NCBI GenBank assembly: GCA_052279835.1 | Contig: CP181291.1 | Span: 864,001-928,000, forward strand | Direction: 5' to 3' | DNA length: 64,000 nt | From: Microcoleus sp. | Lineage (GTDB): Bacteria; Cyanobacteriota; Cyanobacteriia; Cyanobacteriales; Microcoleaceae | Shown: positions 51,191 to 60,953 of the stretch, piece by piece | Layout of the letters: each line of letters opens with the position of its first letter | Position numbering within the stretch: the first letter of the stretch is position 1 | Notes under the pieces: generated by a model | Databases searched by the model: none | What the model saw: only the letters and a program-made list of their open reading frames with translations | Told to the model about the DNA's origin: nothing | Made by a program: the position numbers and the translations under genes

Positions 51191-51814
51191 TTAATACTCT
51201 ATACCAGCCTGAGCTTTAATTCCTTGTTCTCGAAATGGATGCTTAACTAAACTCATTTCTGTCACTAAGTCCGCACGTTCAATTAGTGCAGGAGGCGCGC
51301 CTCTACCTGTCAAAATAACATGAGTATTTTCGGGTTTTTGTTCTAATCCTGCTAATACTTGTTCTATTTGCAAATAACCCAGTTTTAATGCTATATTAAC
51401 TTCATCTAGGAGGACTAATCTGAAGTCGGGATTGCAGATAAAAGTTAGAGCTTTATTCCAGGCTTTTTGAGCTGTTTCGATATCTCTGTCCCTGTCTTGT
51501 GTATCCCAGGTAAAGCCTTCTCCCATGGCATGAAATTCTAGCTGATTTTCCCACCTTTCAAACACGGCTTTTTCTGCTGGTTCCCAGGCTCCCTTGATAA
51601 ATTGTACTATGGCGACGCGATATCCGTGACCGAGCGATCGCACTACCATTCCCAAAGCAGCGGTAGTTTTCCCTTTCCCGTTACCAGTATTGACTATAAT
51701 TAAACCTTTTTCTTTTGATGAATTAGCGATGCGCTCAGATTGGACTTCTTGACGGCGGCGCATTTTCTGCTTGTATTGTTCCGCTGTTAGGGAATTTGTG
51801 TCTTTAGTTTCCAT
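51191..51814 (-). CDS. cobO: Cob(I)yrinic acid a,c-diamide adenosyltransferase
   Basis: TGNGKGKTTAA, VQFIKG, GEGFTW, LLDEV, TGR, KHPF..GIEY. Confidence 0.95.
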   Translation of the reverse strand: METKDTNSLTAEQYKQKMRRRQEVQSERIANSSKEKGLIIVNTGNGKGKTTAALGMVVRSLGHGYRVAIVQFIKGAWEPAEKAVFERWENQLEFHAMGEGFTWDTQDRDRDIETAQKAWNKALTFICNPDFRLVLLDEVNIALKLGYLQIEQVLAGLEQKPENTHVILTGRGAPPALIERADLVTEMSLVKHPFREQGIKAQAGIEY

Positions 51815-52050
51815 TGGATTTTTTTAACGCAGATGAATGCAAATAAATGCTGATACAGCCAGTCTTGCAGGAGTTGTGAAAAAAAAGTTTTAAACGAACC
51901 GTGAAGACGCGAAGAACGCGAAGAACGGAAAGAGAATAGAGTTTCACGACTCACTAGATATATCCCAAAAAGATAGTCAATAACAGGCTGGATGCCTGTT
52001 CCACAACAATTAATTATGGGAGAGGTCTATTATAGATGCCAGATTTATGG

Positions 52051-52629
52051 TTATTGCCACACTAGCTGCAAGTTTAGCACGAAACCGGGCAGAACATCCT
52101 CTCCTGATAGTTCTGCGGGAGATTCCAGTATTTCTACTGCTTGTCCTTGACGGTAGATTTCGACTCTGCGGGTTTTGCGGTTAATCAACCAACCTAATTT
52201 TACTTGGTTGTCCATGTATTCTTGCATCTTGTCTTGGGTTTCTTTGAGACTGTCTGTTGGTGACATTAATTCCCAGACAAAATCGGGGGCTATCGGAGGA
52301 AATTTTTGTTTTTCTTCGGCAGTTAGTGCGTCCCATCTTTCTTGTTTAATCCAAGAAACATCGGGAGAACGATTGGCACCGCTTGGCAGTTTGAAACAAG
52401 TTGAAGAATCGAAACAAATTCCCAGTTTGGTTTGTCGGTTCCATATTCCAAAATCCGTTGCTATTTCAAAATTGTAACTTCCGGTTTCTCCTCCTGTCGG
52501 TGACACAATGATTATTTCTCCTTTGGCGTTGCGTTCAAATTTGACATCGGGATTTTGACGGCACAGTTGATAAAATTGGTCATCGGTGATTTGGGCGATC
52601 GCATTAAAGTTGATGGTGGCTGCTATCAT
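52051..52629 (-). CDS. Uma2 family protein (tandem copy 2)
   Basis: FDSSTCFKLP.GANRSPDVSW, PDFVWELMSP. Confidence 0.9.
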   Translation of the reverse strand: MIAATINFNAIAQITDDQFYQLCRQNPDVKFERNAKGEIIIVSPTGGETGSYNFEIATDFGIWNRQTKLGICFDSSTCFKLPSGANRSPDVSWIKQERWDALTAEEKQKFPPIAPDFVWELMSPTDSLKETQDKMQEYMDNQVKLGWLINRKTRRVEIYRQGQAVEILESPAELSGEDVLPGFVLNLQLVWQ

Positions 52630-52646
52630 AGTATTATTTGATTTTT

Positions 52647-53246
52647 TTATAAAAATTTAGATGCTGATTGCTTCCACATTGTTTGTAAGTTTAGCACGAA
52701 ACCGGGCAAAATATCTTCTCCTGAAAGTTGTGCAGGAGATTCCAGCACTTCTATTTCTTGTCCTTGGCGGTAGATTTCGACTCTGCGGGTTTTGCGGTTA
52801 ATCAACCAACCTAATTTTACTTGGTTGTCCATGTATTCTTGCATCTTGTCTTGCGTTTCTTTGAGACTGTCTGTTGGTGACATTAATTCCCAGACAAAAT
52901 CTGGGGCTATCGGAGGAAATTTTTGTTTTTCTTCGGCAGTTAGTGCGTCCCATCTTTCTTGTTTAATCCAAGAAACATCGGGAGAACGATTTGCACCGCT
53001 TGGCAGTTTGAAACAAGTTGAAGAATCGAAACAAATTCCCAGCTTAGTTTGTCGGTTCCAAATCACAAAATCAGCATTAATTTCAGAATTGTAACTTCCG
53101 GTTTCTCCTCCTGTCGGTGACACAATGATTATTTCTCCTTTGGCGTTGCGTTCAAATTTGACATCGGGGTTTTGGCGGCACAGTTGATAAAATTGGTCGT
53201 CGGTGATTTGGGCGATCGCATTAAAGTTGATGGTGGCTGCTATCAT
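52647..53246 (-). CDS. Uma2 family protein (tandem copy 1)
   Basis: Near-identical to its neighbour. Confidence 0.9.
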   Translation of the reverse strand: MIAATINFNAIAQITDDQFYQLCRQNPDVKFERNAKGEIIIVSPTGGETGSYNSEINADFVIWNRQTKLGICFDSSTCFKLPSGANRSPDVSWIKQERWDALTAEEKQKFPPIAPDFVWELMSPTDSLKETQDKMQEYMDNQVKLGWLINRKTRRVEIYRQGQEIEVLESPAQLSGEDILPGFVLNLQTMWKQSASKFL

Positions 53247-53390
53247 AGTATTTTATAGGGATGCGTTGGATTTTTTGGGACGCAGATAAATGACGATGCA
53301 GATACTGTAAATATTAATCTGGTTAAAAGGTTTTGAGTTGACTTTTTTGTCCTTGCCTATTCTATTGTATCACATGATTATACTTAGTTT

Positions 53391-54002
53391 TTAATCGATT
53401 GATAGAGAAGTTTTTTGCAGGAAAGACTTACAGACATACCAATAATAAAAGGCAATGTTGATTTCACTAAATAATTTAGGCACTCCTTCTAGTAAACTGG
53501 CAAGTATCTGGCTTTTTAATTTGAGAGTATCAATCCCGATCGCCAAAAACAACAATCCCAAACCAGCTAACAATATGTGATAGGGAGTCAACTTAAGTTC
53601 TCGGTGAAAAAACCATCCATAGGAAGACAAAACAATAGCATACAGAAGACATACTCCCAGTTTGGGAATCCCTACCCCTATCATATATATATGAATTCGG
53701 TAAATTTCATTGAGCAGAAAACCCCCAGTTAACAACGCAGAAAATAAAATAAATCGATTACCGAAATTGCGGGGGTGGCTACTTTTTGCTAATCCATAGG
53801 TGAAAGTACAAACAATGACAGGTACAGCACATAAAATCTGGAAAGTCCGAGTTAATAATGCGACATTTGGATTGGGGGAAAAATAAGGGTTAAAAAATAA
53901 ATCGCTGACTTTCAAACCCGAATATTGAGTGATAATTATCAACACTACCACCAGCAATAAGGAGAAACAATTTAATTTAACAAGAGAGCGAGAAATAGTC
54001 AT
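53391..54002 (-). CDS. Hypothetical multi-pass membrane protein
   Basis: About 6 hydrophobic segments; ATG 54002 chosen. Confidence 0.65.
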   Translation of the reverse strand: MTISRSLVKLNCFSLLLVVVLIIITQYSGLKVSDLFFNPYFSPNPNVALLTRTFQILCAVPVIVCTFTYGLAKSSHPRNFGNRFILFSALLTGGFLLNEIYRIHIYMIGVGIPKLGVCLLYAIVLSSYGWFFHRELKLTPYHILLAGLGLLFLAIGIDTLKLKSQILASLLEGVPKLFSEINIAFYYWYVCKSFLQKTSLSID

Positions 54003-54119
54003 AAGCGATTTACAGAAAAATGCGATTTGACCGTCGAAGCACAAAAAAAATTATATCACTCCACTAGGTTGTTTTTTTTGCTAAACTAATCAGAGTGTTA
54101 TCAAAACCAGGATACAGTA

Positions 54120-55394
54120 ATGCTGTCAGTGAAAGAAGCAGAAGCGATCGTACTAAATTTAGCACAGCCCCTTGACAGTCAGCAGGATGTAGAAACTGTA
54201 GACTTGCTGGCAGCATCGGGGCGAGTTTTGGCCGCAACTGTCACAAGTTCCCTGGATTTTCCCTATTGGGATAATTCGGCAATGGATGGCTATGCGGTGC
54301 GGTTTGCTGATGTGGAAAATTGCAACAGTGACAAACCTGTCACCCTTGAGATAGTTGAAGAGATTCCGGCGGGATATCAGCCTCAAAATACTGTACAACC
54401 TGGACAAGCGGCACGGATTTTTACGGGTGGGATGATGCCCGCAGGTGCTGATACGGTGGTAATGCAGGAGGAAACTAGGCGTGAGGGCGATCGTGTTTCG
54501 ATCCTGGTTACTCCTGGTAAACCTCAAGCTTTTGTCCGTCACCAAGGCGCTTTTTATCAAGCAGGAACTCCTTTGTTAAATCCGGGTACTGTTATCAATG
54601 CTTCGGAAGTCGCAGTGTTAGCAACTGCACAGTGTATTCAAGTGCCTGTTTATCGGCGAGTGCGGGTGGCGATTTTTTCCACGGGCGACGAATTGGTATC
54701 ACCAGACCAACCTTTGTCTGCGGGTAAATTGGTAGACTCTAATCAGTATGCTTTGACTGTTTTGTTGACGCAAATGGGATGTGAAGTGATAAGATTGGGC
54801 ATAGTTCCCGATAATCAGCAGGAACTAACAAAAGCAATCAATCAAGCTATTTTGACAGCAGATGTAGTGCTTTCTACTGGTGGAGTTTCGGTAGGAGACT
54901 ATGATTATGTTGAGCAAATATTGGCGGATTTGGGAGGGGAAATTCACATTCGCTCTGTGGCAATTAAACCGGGTAAGCCTTTGACGGTTGCTAAGTTTAA
55001 ACGAGATGAAAACAAATCGGATTCGCCGATGATGAGTTCTGATTGTGTTTATTTTGGTTTGCCTGGAAATCCGGTTTCAGCGTTAGTATGTTGTTGGCGG
55101 TTTGTGGTACCTGCGTTGAGAAAAATTTCTGGAGTTGGGGCGGATGCTTGGGGGCCGGAGTTGGTGCGGGCTCGATGTCGTGTGGAATTGCGATCGCAGG
55201 GTCAGCGGGAAACCTATGTTTGGGGTAAACTGTATTTAGTGACCGGAGTGTGGGAATTTGAACCAGCCAGTGGCAGCCAAAATTCAGCGAATTTAGTTAA
55301 CTTGGCAAATACGACTGGTTTGGCAGTGTTACCACCACAGAAAAACGTGGTTTTGCCCAGTGAATTCATTGAAGTTTTAAAGATTAATAACTAA
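54120..55394 (+). CDS. moeA: Molybdopterin molybdotransferase
   Basis: SAMDGYA, IFTGG, STGDEL, TGGVSVGDYD, IKPGKP, GLPGNP. Confidence 0.95.
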   Translation: MLSVKEAEAIVLNLAQPLDSQQDVETVDLLAASGRVLAATVTSSLDFPYWDNSAMDGYAVRFADVENCNSDKPVTLEIVEEIPAGYQPQNTVQPGQAARIFTGGMMPAGADTVVMQEETRREGDRVSILVTPGKPQAFVRHQGAFYQAGTPLLNPGTVINASEVAVLATAQCIQVPVYRRVRVAIFSTGDELVSPDQPLSAGKLVDSNQYALTVLLTQMGCEVIRLGIVPDNQQELTKAINQAILTADVVLSTGGVSVGDYDYVEQILADLGGEIHIRSVAIKPGKPLTVAKFKRDENKSDSPMMSSDCVYFGLPGNPVSALVCCWRFVVPALRKISGVGADAWGPELVRARCRVELRSQGQRETYVWGKLYLVTGVWEFEPASGSQNSANLVNLANTTGLAVLPPQKNVVLPSEFIEVLKINN

Positions 55395-55459
55395 ACAATA
55401 TACTTTCCCTTCTTCCTTCTTCCTTCTTCCTTCTTCCTTCTTCCTTCTTCCTTCGTATT

Positions 55460-56092
55460 ATGAGAATTTTAATTATTGAAGACGATCCGATGATGCAACT
55501 GGGGCTAGAGCAAGTTTTAGCCGATGCCCCAGAAATAGAAATAGTAGGACAAGCAGAAGATGGCTATTTAGGAGTAGCAGCGGCACTGAAACTCAAACCT
55601 GATATTATTGTCATGGATATCGGTTTGCCACGGCTGGATGGGATAGCGGCGACGCAACAAATTAAAGCGCAATTACCCGATGTTCGAGTAGTGATGTTGA
55701 CTTCCCATATGGCAGAAACTGAAATTATTGCATCTCTTTCTAGCGGTGCTGATGCTTATTGTATTAAAGGTGCTTCTGTGGATAGGTTGTTAGCAGCTAT
55801 CGCGGCGGCGGCAGAGGGGGCTACATACCTCGATCCTCAAATCGCTCGCACTGTGATTGAACATCTTAAACCTCCAGCGCCTGTGTCTACAACTACTTTT
55901 GGTCAATTGTCGCAGCGGGAATTGGAGGTGTTAAGGTTGATGGTGGAAGGTAATACTAATCCTGAAATTGCTGCGGCGCTTTATTTGAGTCCAAATACTA
56001 TTAAAACTCATGTTCGTGGTATCATGAATAAGTTGGCTGTAGACGATCGGGTGCAAGCAGCAGTTGTGGCGCTTAGAACTGGATTGGTTTAA
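55460..56092 (+). CDS. NarL/LuxR-family response regulator
   Basis: REC (IEDD, MDIGLP) plus LuxR HTH (LSQRELEVL, TIKTHV). Confidence 0.93.
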   Translation: MRILIIEDDPMMQLGLEQVLADAPEIEIVGQAEDGYLGVAAALKLKPDIIVMDIGLPRLDGIAATQQIKAQLPDVRVVMLTSHMAETEIIASLSSGADAYCIKGASVDRLLAAIAAAAEGATYLDPQIARTVIEHLKPPAPVSTTTFGQLSQRELEVLRLMVEGNTNPEIAAALYLSPNTIKTHVRGIMNKLAVDDRVQAAVVALRTGLV

Positions 56093-56171
56093 AGTTGGCA
56101 GTTGGCAGTTGTCCGTTGGCTAACCAACAATCACAAATAACTACTAACAAATAACACATCACAAATAATCT

Positions 56172-56813
56172 ATGTCTGAGTGGATAGAAATCGGTACAAT
56201 TGTAGCAGCTCAAGGTTTATACGGGGAAGTGCGAGTATATCCCGATTCTGATTTCCCGGAAAGGTTTATCGAACCGGGAAAGCGGTGGCTGTTGTTTCCT
56301 AATAAAACAGAACCAGAAGCGATCGAATTTTTGGGCGGTCGCTACATTCCGGGCAAAGGATTGTATGCTGTAGAGGTGGCTGGGGTGGAAGACCGGGATG
56401 CTGCTGAGGCGCTGCGGGGCTGCAAACTTTTTGTGCAAAAAGGATCGAGACCTTACCTAGAACCAGATGAGTTTTATGTGCAAGATTTGTTTGGGATGGA
56501 GGTTTTCAATCAATTAACCGGAGAACTGTTGGGGAAAGTCAGTGATATTATTCCCGCCGGAAATGACCTTTTGGAAGTTGAATTAAATCCCACTGAGGCG
56601 ATAAAGGCGGCAGAATCGGAAGTAGCAGAAACTGTGTCTGTACAGGTTGAACACAAAGATAGTCGTCGCAAAAAACGTAAAACTCCTCGTGTTAAACCAC
56701 TCCAAACAAAAAAGGTTTTGATTCCTTTTGTGAAAGAGATAGTTCCAATTGTTGATTTAGAAAAAGGTCGAATTGAAATTGTGCCTCCTTCTGGTTTGTT
56801 GGATGAAATTTAA
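56172..56813 (+). CDS. rimM: 16S rRNA processing protein RimM
   Basis: IGTIVAAQGLYGEVRV, DEFYVQDL.G, GNDLLEV, LIPFV. Confidence 0.93.
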   Translation: MSEWIEIGTIVAAQGLYGEVRVYPDSDFPERFIEPGKRWLLFPNKTEPEAIEFLGGRYIPGKGLYAVEVAGVEDRDAAEALRGCKLFVQKGSRPYLEPDEFYVQDLFGMEVFNQLTGELLGKVSDIIPAGNDLLEVELNPTEAIKAAESEVAETVSVQVEHKDSRRKKRKTPRVKPLQTKKVLIPFVKEIVPIVDLEKGRIEIVPPSGLLDEI

Positions 56814-57016
56814 GGAATCAGAAAGTTAAGTGACGGATTTTGTAATATTGTTGACCGTTGCATCGGAATGATTTAACCGCAGAGAACACAGAGGACACAG
56901 AGGGAGAGAATACAGAGATGAATAATTCAGATGAAGAGAGGATTTGATATAACGGATTTAAGGAATAAGGAATAAGGAATAAGGTTTAAAGTTCCCTAGA
57001 CCTAATTCCCGGAATA

Positions 57017-57475
57017 TTAATTATTTCCTTTATTCGTGTATCGGACTATCAAATAACTGATGGAAAGAGCGAAAATTGCTGTAGCTAAACCGATTAAGTC
57101 GGCGGCAGTTTTCTTTTCTAAGTCGAGAATAATTATTTTACGAGAGACGGCGATTAAAGAAGTGACAATGACTAATTCTACTTGAATGACGTGCTTTTTC
57201 AGGTAAGCTGTAATATTTTCTAAGATTTCTAGGGCGATTAAAACATTTAAAAATAACCCAAAGATTACAAATAGCGTGTCTTTTAACAAAGTCTGGGGGT
57301 CATTGATTAATTCTTTTGCTACATAAATTAGCAAATCACAAACGCTGATGATAATTACCAAAATCATCGCCAGAGATAAAACTTTCGATACGACTACTTC
57401 TACATTTTCAGTAAAGTGCAGAAATTGTTCATCGCTGCCGAATTTAGAAAATTGCCTCAGTATTTTTTTCAGCAT
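57017..57475 (-). CDS. PsiE-family membrane protein
   Basis: LIALEILENI..YL, LIAVSRKIIILD. Confidence 0.85.
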   Translation of the reverse strand: MLKKILRQFSKFGSDEQFLHFTENVEVVVSKVLSLAMILVIIISVCDLLIYVAKELINDPQTLLKDTLFVIFGLFLNVLIALEILENITAYLKKHVIQVELVIVTSLIAVSRKIIILDLEKKTAADLIGLATAIFALSISYLIVRYTNKGNN

Positions 57476-57734
57476 ACCCGTGACTTAATGATGATTTATT
57501 ATTGATAATGTCATTGTCTGCTGTTCTTGGCAATCCCCTGTGTCTGGGGTTGCTTGATGAATTTTTGCCATAAAAAATCCTCAAACTATTGCTAAACGAC
57601 AATATTTTGAGGATTTGAAGACTGGGTGCGATCGCACAGACAGTTCTTTCTGGTCAATAGAGAAGGATTATTGACTCCTAACTCGCGGCCAGCCTAGGGA
57701 CAAGCAAGGAAGCTAAAAATTTAGCTTGGATGCT

Positions 57735-58046
57735 TTAGTAGCGACGAGAAGAGCGATTGTTGCCGCCGCCCCAGTTACCACCGGCATTAGAACCACCACG
57801 TTCTTCGCGGGGTTTTGCCTTGTTGACTTTAAGGTCGCGACCCATCCATTCAGCACCGTCAAGGGCTTCAATAGCTGCTGTTTCTTCGGCTTCTGTGGAC
57901 ATTTCTACGAAAGCAAAGCCGCGCATCCGACCTGTTTCCCGATCGGCAGGTAACTGAACGCGCTTAACAGTGCCGTATTCTCCGAAAGTTTGGTTGAGGT
58001 GCTCCTGCGTAACTTCGTAGGATAAATTGCCGACATAAATTGACAT
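57735..58046 (-). CDS. RRM RNA-binding protein with Gly-rich tail (RbpA family)
   Basis: MSIYVGNL (RNP2), RGFAFVEM (RNP1). Confidence 0.95.
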   Translation of the reverse strand: MSIYVGNLSYEVTQEHLNQTFGEYGTVKRVQLPADRETGRMRGFAFVEMSTEAEETAAIEALDGAEWMGRDLKVNKAKPREERGGSNAGGNWGGGNNRSSRRY

Positions 58047-58475
58047 TAAACATTCTCCAGAATTAGAGGGTGTAGAGAATTAAATCCGGAGGAACGCCGA
58101 TCGAACGAACTATACTGCCGAAAATAAGCCTTATGAATAGAGCATAGCACCTATCGCTCCATACTGCAATTATTTGGTGATAGTCGATCGAAAGCCAAAA
58201 CCAAAAACCACCAAAAATCAATCAAACACAACCAATAAAAAAGCAAACAGAACTGAGGCAAAAGCTATGAATAAATAGGGTTTCTGACTGAACGTTGTGG
58301 GTTTAAAGAGCAAATTTTTGTGCCTATAAATTAGAGTCAGGCCGATCGAAAACCTGGTGGCTTCGATCGGACTTAAAGGTATCAGAGGAGTATTGGGGTT
58401 AAAAAACCCTGTTTTTCCAGGGAAAAACCCACCTGTAAAGCGGAAAAAATTGAGCTGAAAAAATTAACTCCGTGC

Positions 58476-60647
58476 TCAAGAACTGACTGGGATGGGAGAT
58501 TGGACCCAATTAAACTCACCTACTTCCGCTTCAATTTCCGCCCCAACCCTGACCAACTGGACTGCACAAGCTTTTAACTCCGGTTGTTTAGAATCAGGAC
58601 AACTTTCAGCATGAGTCATGGCATTGGCTTCGGCGCCTTCGGCCCACAGAGAACCCCAGTGCATTGGTACAAATAGAGTACCAGGGGCGATCGCCTTAGT
58701 AACTTTTGCGGGAAACACTCCTTTACCCCGGCGCGATCGAACTTCCAACAAATCCCCTTCCTTAATCTTCAAATTAGCAGCATCGCGGGGATGAATTTCC
58801 AAAAAGGGTTCCGGGTGCAATTGATTAATTTTGTCGGTTCTACCAGTGCGCGTCATCGTGTGCCAGTGTCCATACAATCTGCCCGTTGTTAACACAAAAG
58901 GATAATTGGGGTCTGGAGGTTCAGCCAGTCCACGGGAATGATAAGCTGAAAATCTCGCCCGCTGGTCGGGAGTTGGGAAACGTGCATCAGTGTAAAGCCG
59001 CTTAGCTTCTTTGGCTGAATGCTTGGGTTCATTTTCCCGACAAGGCCACTGCTGAGGGCCTTCTTGGCGCAAGTATTCGTGACTGAGGCCTGTGACATCG
59101 CAAGGCTGGCCCCGCGTCAACTGTACGAACTCTTGGTAAACATCACCACTGTTATTGAAAGCAAACTGTTCGGCAAAACCCAACCTGCGTCCCACCTCAG
59201 CGAAAATACTCCAGTCGTCGCGGGCTTCCCCTAAAGGTGTGTCGAAACCGATACAAAGACTAACGCGACGTTCGGAATTGGTCATCACTCCCGTTTTTTC
59301 ACTCCACTGAGTTGCCGGTAAGAGGATGTGAGCGTAGGCGGAGGTTTCGGTGGGATAGTAAGCTTCTTGATAAACTGTAAAGGGCGATCGCCACAAAGCC
59401 GCTTTTGTGCGTTCCAAATCCGGCATACTCACTACCGGATTGGTAGCTGCAATCCACAACATCTCTACTTGGCCGGTTTCCAAACCCAAAATCATCTCCC
59501 AAGCAGTGCGGCCTGGATTGGGCGAAATACTTCCGGGTGTCAGCCCCCACAATTCCTCTACTTGGGTTCTGTGTTGGGCATTTTTCACCGCTCGATATCC
59601 CGGTAATAGGTTAGAAAGTCCCCCTGCTTCCCGCCCTCCCATGGCGTTTGGCTGGCCTGTGAGGGAAAACGGGCCGCATCCCGGTTTGCCGATTTGACCG
59701 GTCATCAAGTGCAAATTAATTAGCGATCGCACCTTTGCCGTGCCTTCAGAGGACTGGTTAATGCCCATGGACCACAGAGACAACACCCGCTGGGACTGTT
59801 GCCAATACTTAGCGGCGGTTTCCAAGTCTCCCACAGAAATGCCACAGCGCGAGGCTACGAATTCCGGCGTATAGCTGTTGACAACTTGTACAAACTGCTC
59901 AAAATGAACTGTGGATTCTTGAATAAATTTTCGATCTATGCTGTCGCTTTGCAACAGTAAATAGGCAATTCCATTGAGCAAATCTATATCAGTACCTGGT
60001 TTGATTGCCAAGTGCAAATCCGCTGCTTCCGCCGTCGGAGTCCGCCTCGGATCTACCACAATCATCTTGACATGGGGATTTTTTTTATGGTATTTTGCTA
60101 AGCGATTGAAAACAATGGGATGGCATTCTGCGGTATTGCTACCAATAATAAAAGCGCAATCTGTTAATTCTAAATCGTCGTAACAGCAAGGGGGACCGTC
60201 AGCACCAAAACTTTGCACGTATCCAGACACTGCTGAAGACATACACAGGCGAGAATTGGCATCAAAATTATTAGTTCCCAGACAACCTTTAAACAATTTT
60301 TGGGCCACATAATAATCTTCTGTGATGAATTGACCGGAACCATAAACGCAGATACCATCGGGGCCGGTAGTGCTGCGAATTGTTTGAATCCGGTTGACGA
60401 TCGCATCTAGTGCTTCGTCCCAGCTAGCGCGGCGGAACGGTCGATCGAGAGTATCCCGCATCATCGGATAAAGTAGTCGATCGGTGCGAATTGACTCTGC
60501 TACCGTTGCTCCCTTGACACAAACCATGCCCTGACTGGATGGGTGGTTGCGATCGCCCCGGACTTTCCAACCTTGGTTTTTGTCGGGAACAACTTCTAGA
60601 CCACAACCTACACCGCAGTAAGGGCAAAGAGTTTTGATAGTTTCCAT
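58476..60647 (-). CDS. narB: Ferredoxin-nitrate reductase
   Basis: CPYCGVGCG Fe-S motif, [21 protein letters not shown]; downstream of nrtCD. Confidence 0.93.
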   Translation of the reverse strand: METIKTLCPYCGVGCGLEVVPDKNQGWKVRGDRNHPSSQGMVCVKGATVAESIRTDRLLYPMMRDTLDRPFRRASWDEALDAIVNRIQTIRSTTGPDGICVYGSGQFITEDYYVAQKLFKGCLGTNNFDANSRLCMSSAVSGYVQSFGADGPPCCYDDLELTDCAFIIGSNTAECHPIVFNRLAKYHKKNPHVKMIVVDPRRTPTAEAADLHLAIKPGTDIDLLNGIAYLLLQSDSIDRKFIQESTVHFEQFVQVVNSYTPEFVASRCGISVGDLETAAKYWQQSQRVLSLWSMGINQSSEGTAKVRSLINLHLMTGQIGKPGCGPFSLTGQPNAMGGREAGGLSNLLPGYRAVKNAQHRTQVEELWGLTPGSISPNPGRTAWEMILGLETGQVEMLWIAATNPVVSMPDLERTKAALWRSPFTVYQEAYYPTETSAYAHILLPATQWSEKTGVMTNSERRVSLCIGFDTPLGEARDDWSIFAEVGRRLGFAEQFAFNNSGDVYQEFVQLTRGQPCDVTGLSHEYLRQEGPQQWPCRENEPKHSAKEAKRLYTDARFPTPDQRARFSAYHSRGLAEPPDPNYPFVLTTGRLYGHWHTMTRTGRTDKINQLHPEPFLEIHPRDAANLKIKEGDLLEVRSRRGKGVFPAKVTKAIAPGTLFVPMHWGSLWAEGAEANAMTHAESCPDSKQPELKACAVQLVRVGAEIEAEVGEFNWVQSPIPVSS

Positions 60648-60953
60648 CTGCTAATTTATAGATGCTTGTTTTTTAAGCTAATAGGTAATTGATAACAGCT
60701 AATTATAGTAGCAAGCAAGAACTACTGCAAATTGCGGATCAAATATTACCTTTTTTTAGCAGGAATAGTTGGTCATTCCTGGACGCAATTGTCACCCTTG
60801 GTAAGGTGCATCAGTTTCATACCCTATAAAATTTATTCAAAAAACTTACCTGACGCACCCTATCATTCGATATTACTAGCAATCAGCCACTACCATAAAT
60901 CGACTAGGATCGACCGACTTTTTGCTAAAAACCCGGTCGATCGTACCAATTAG

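Noticed and set aside
52051..53246. Diversity-generating retroelement template/variable pair
   Set aside because: No reverse transcriptase in the window and both copies are complete genes
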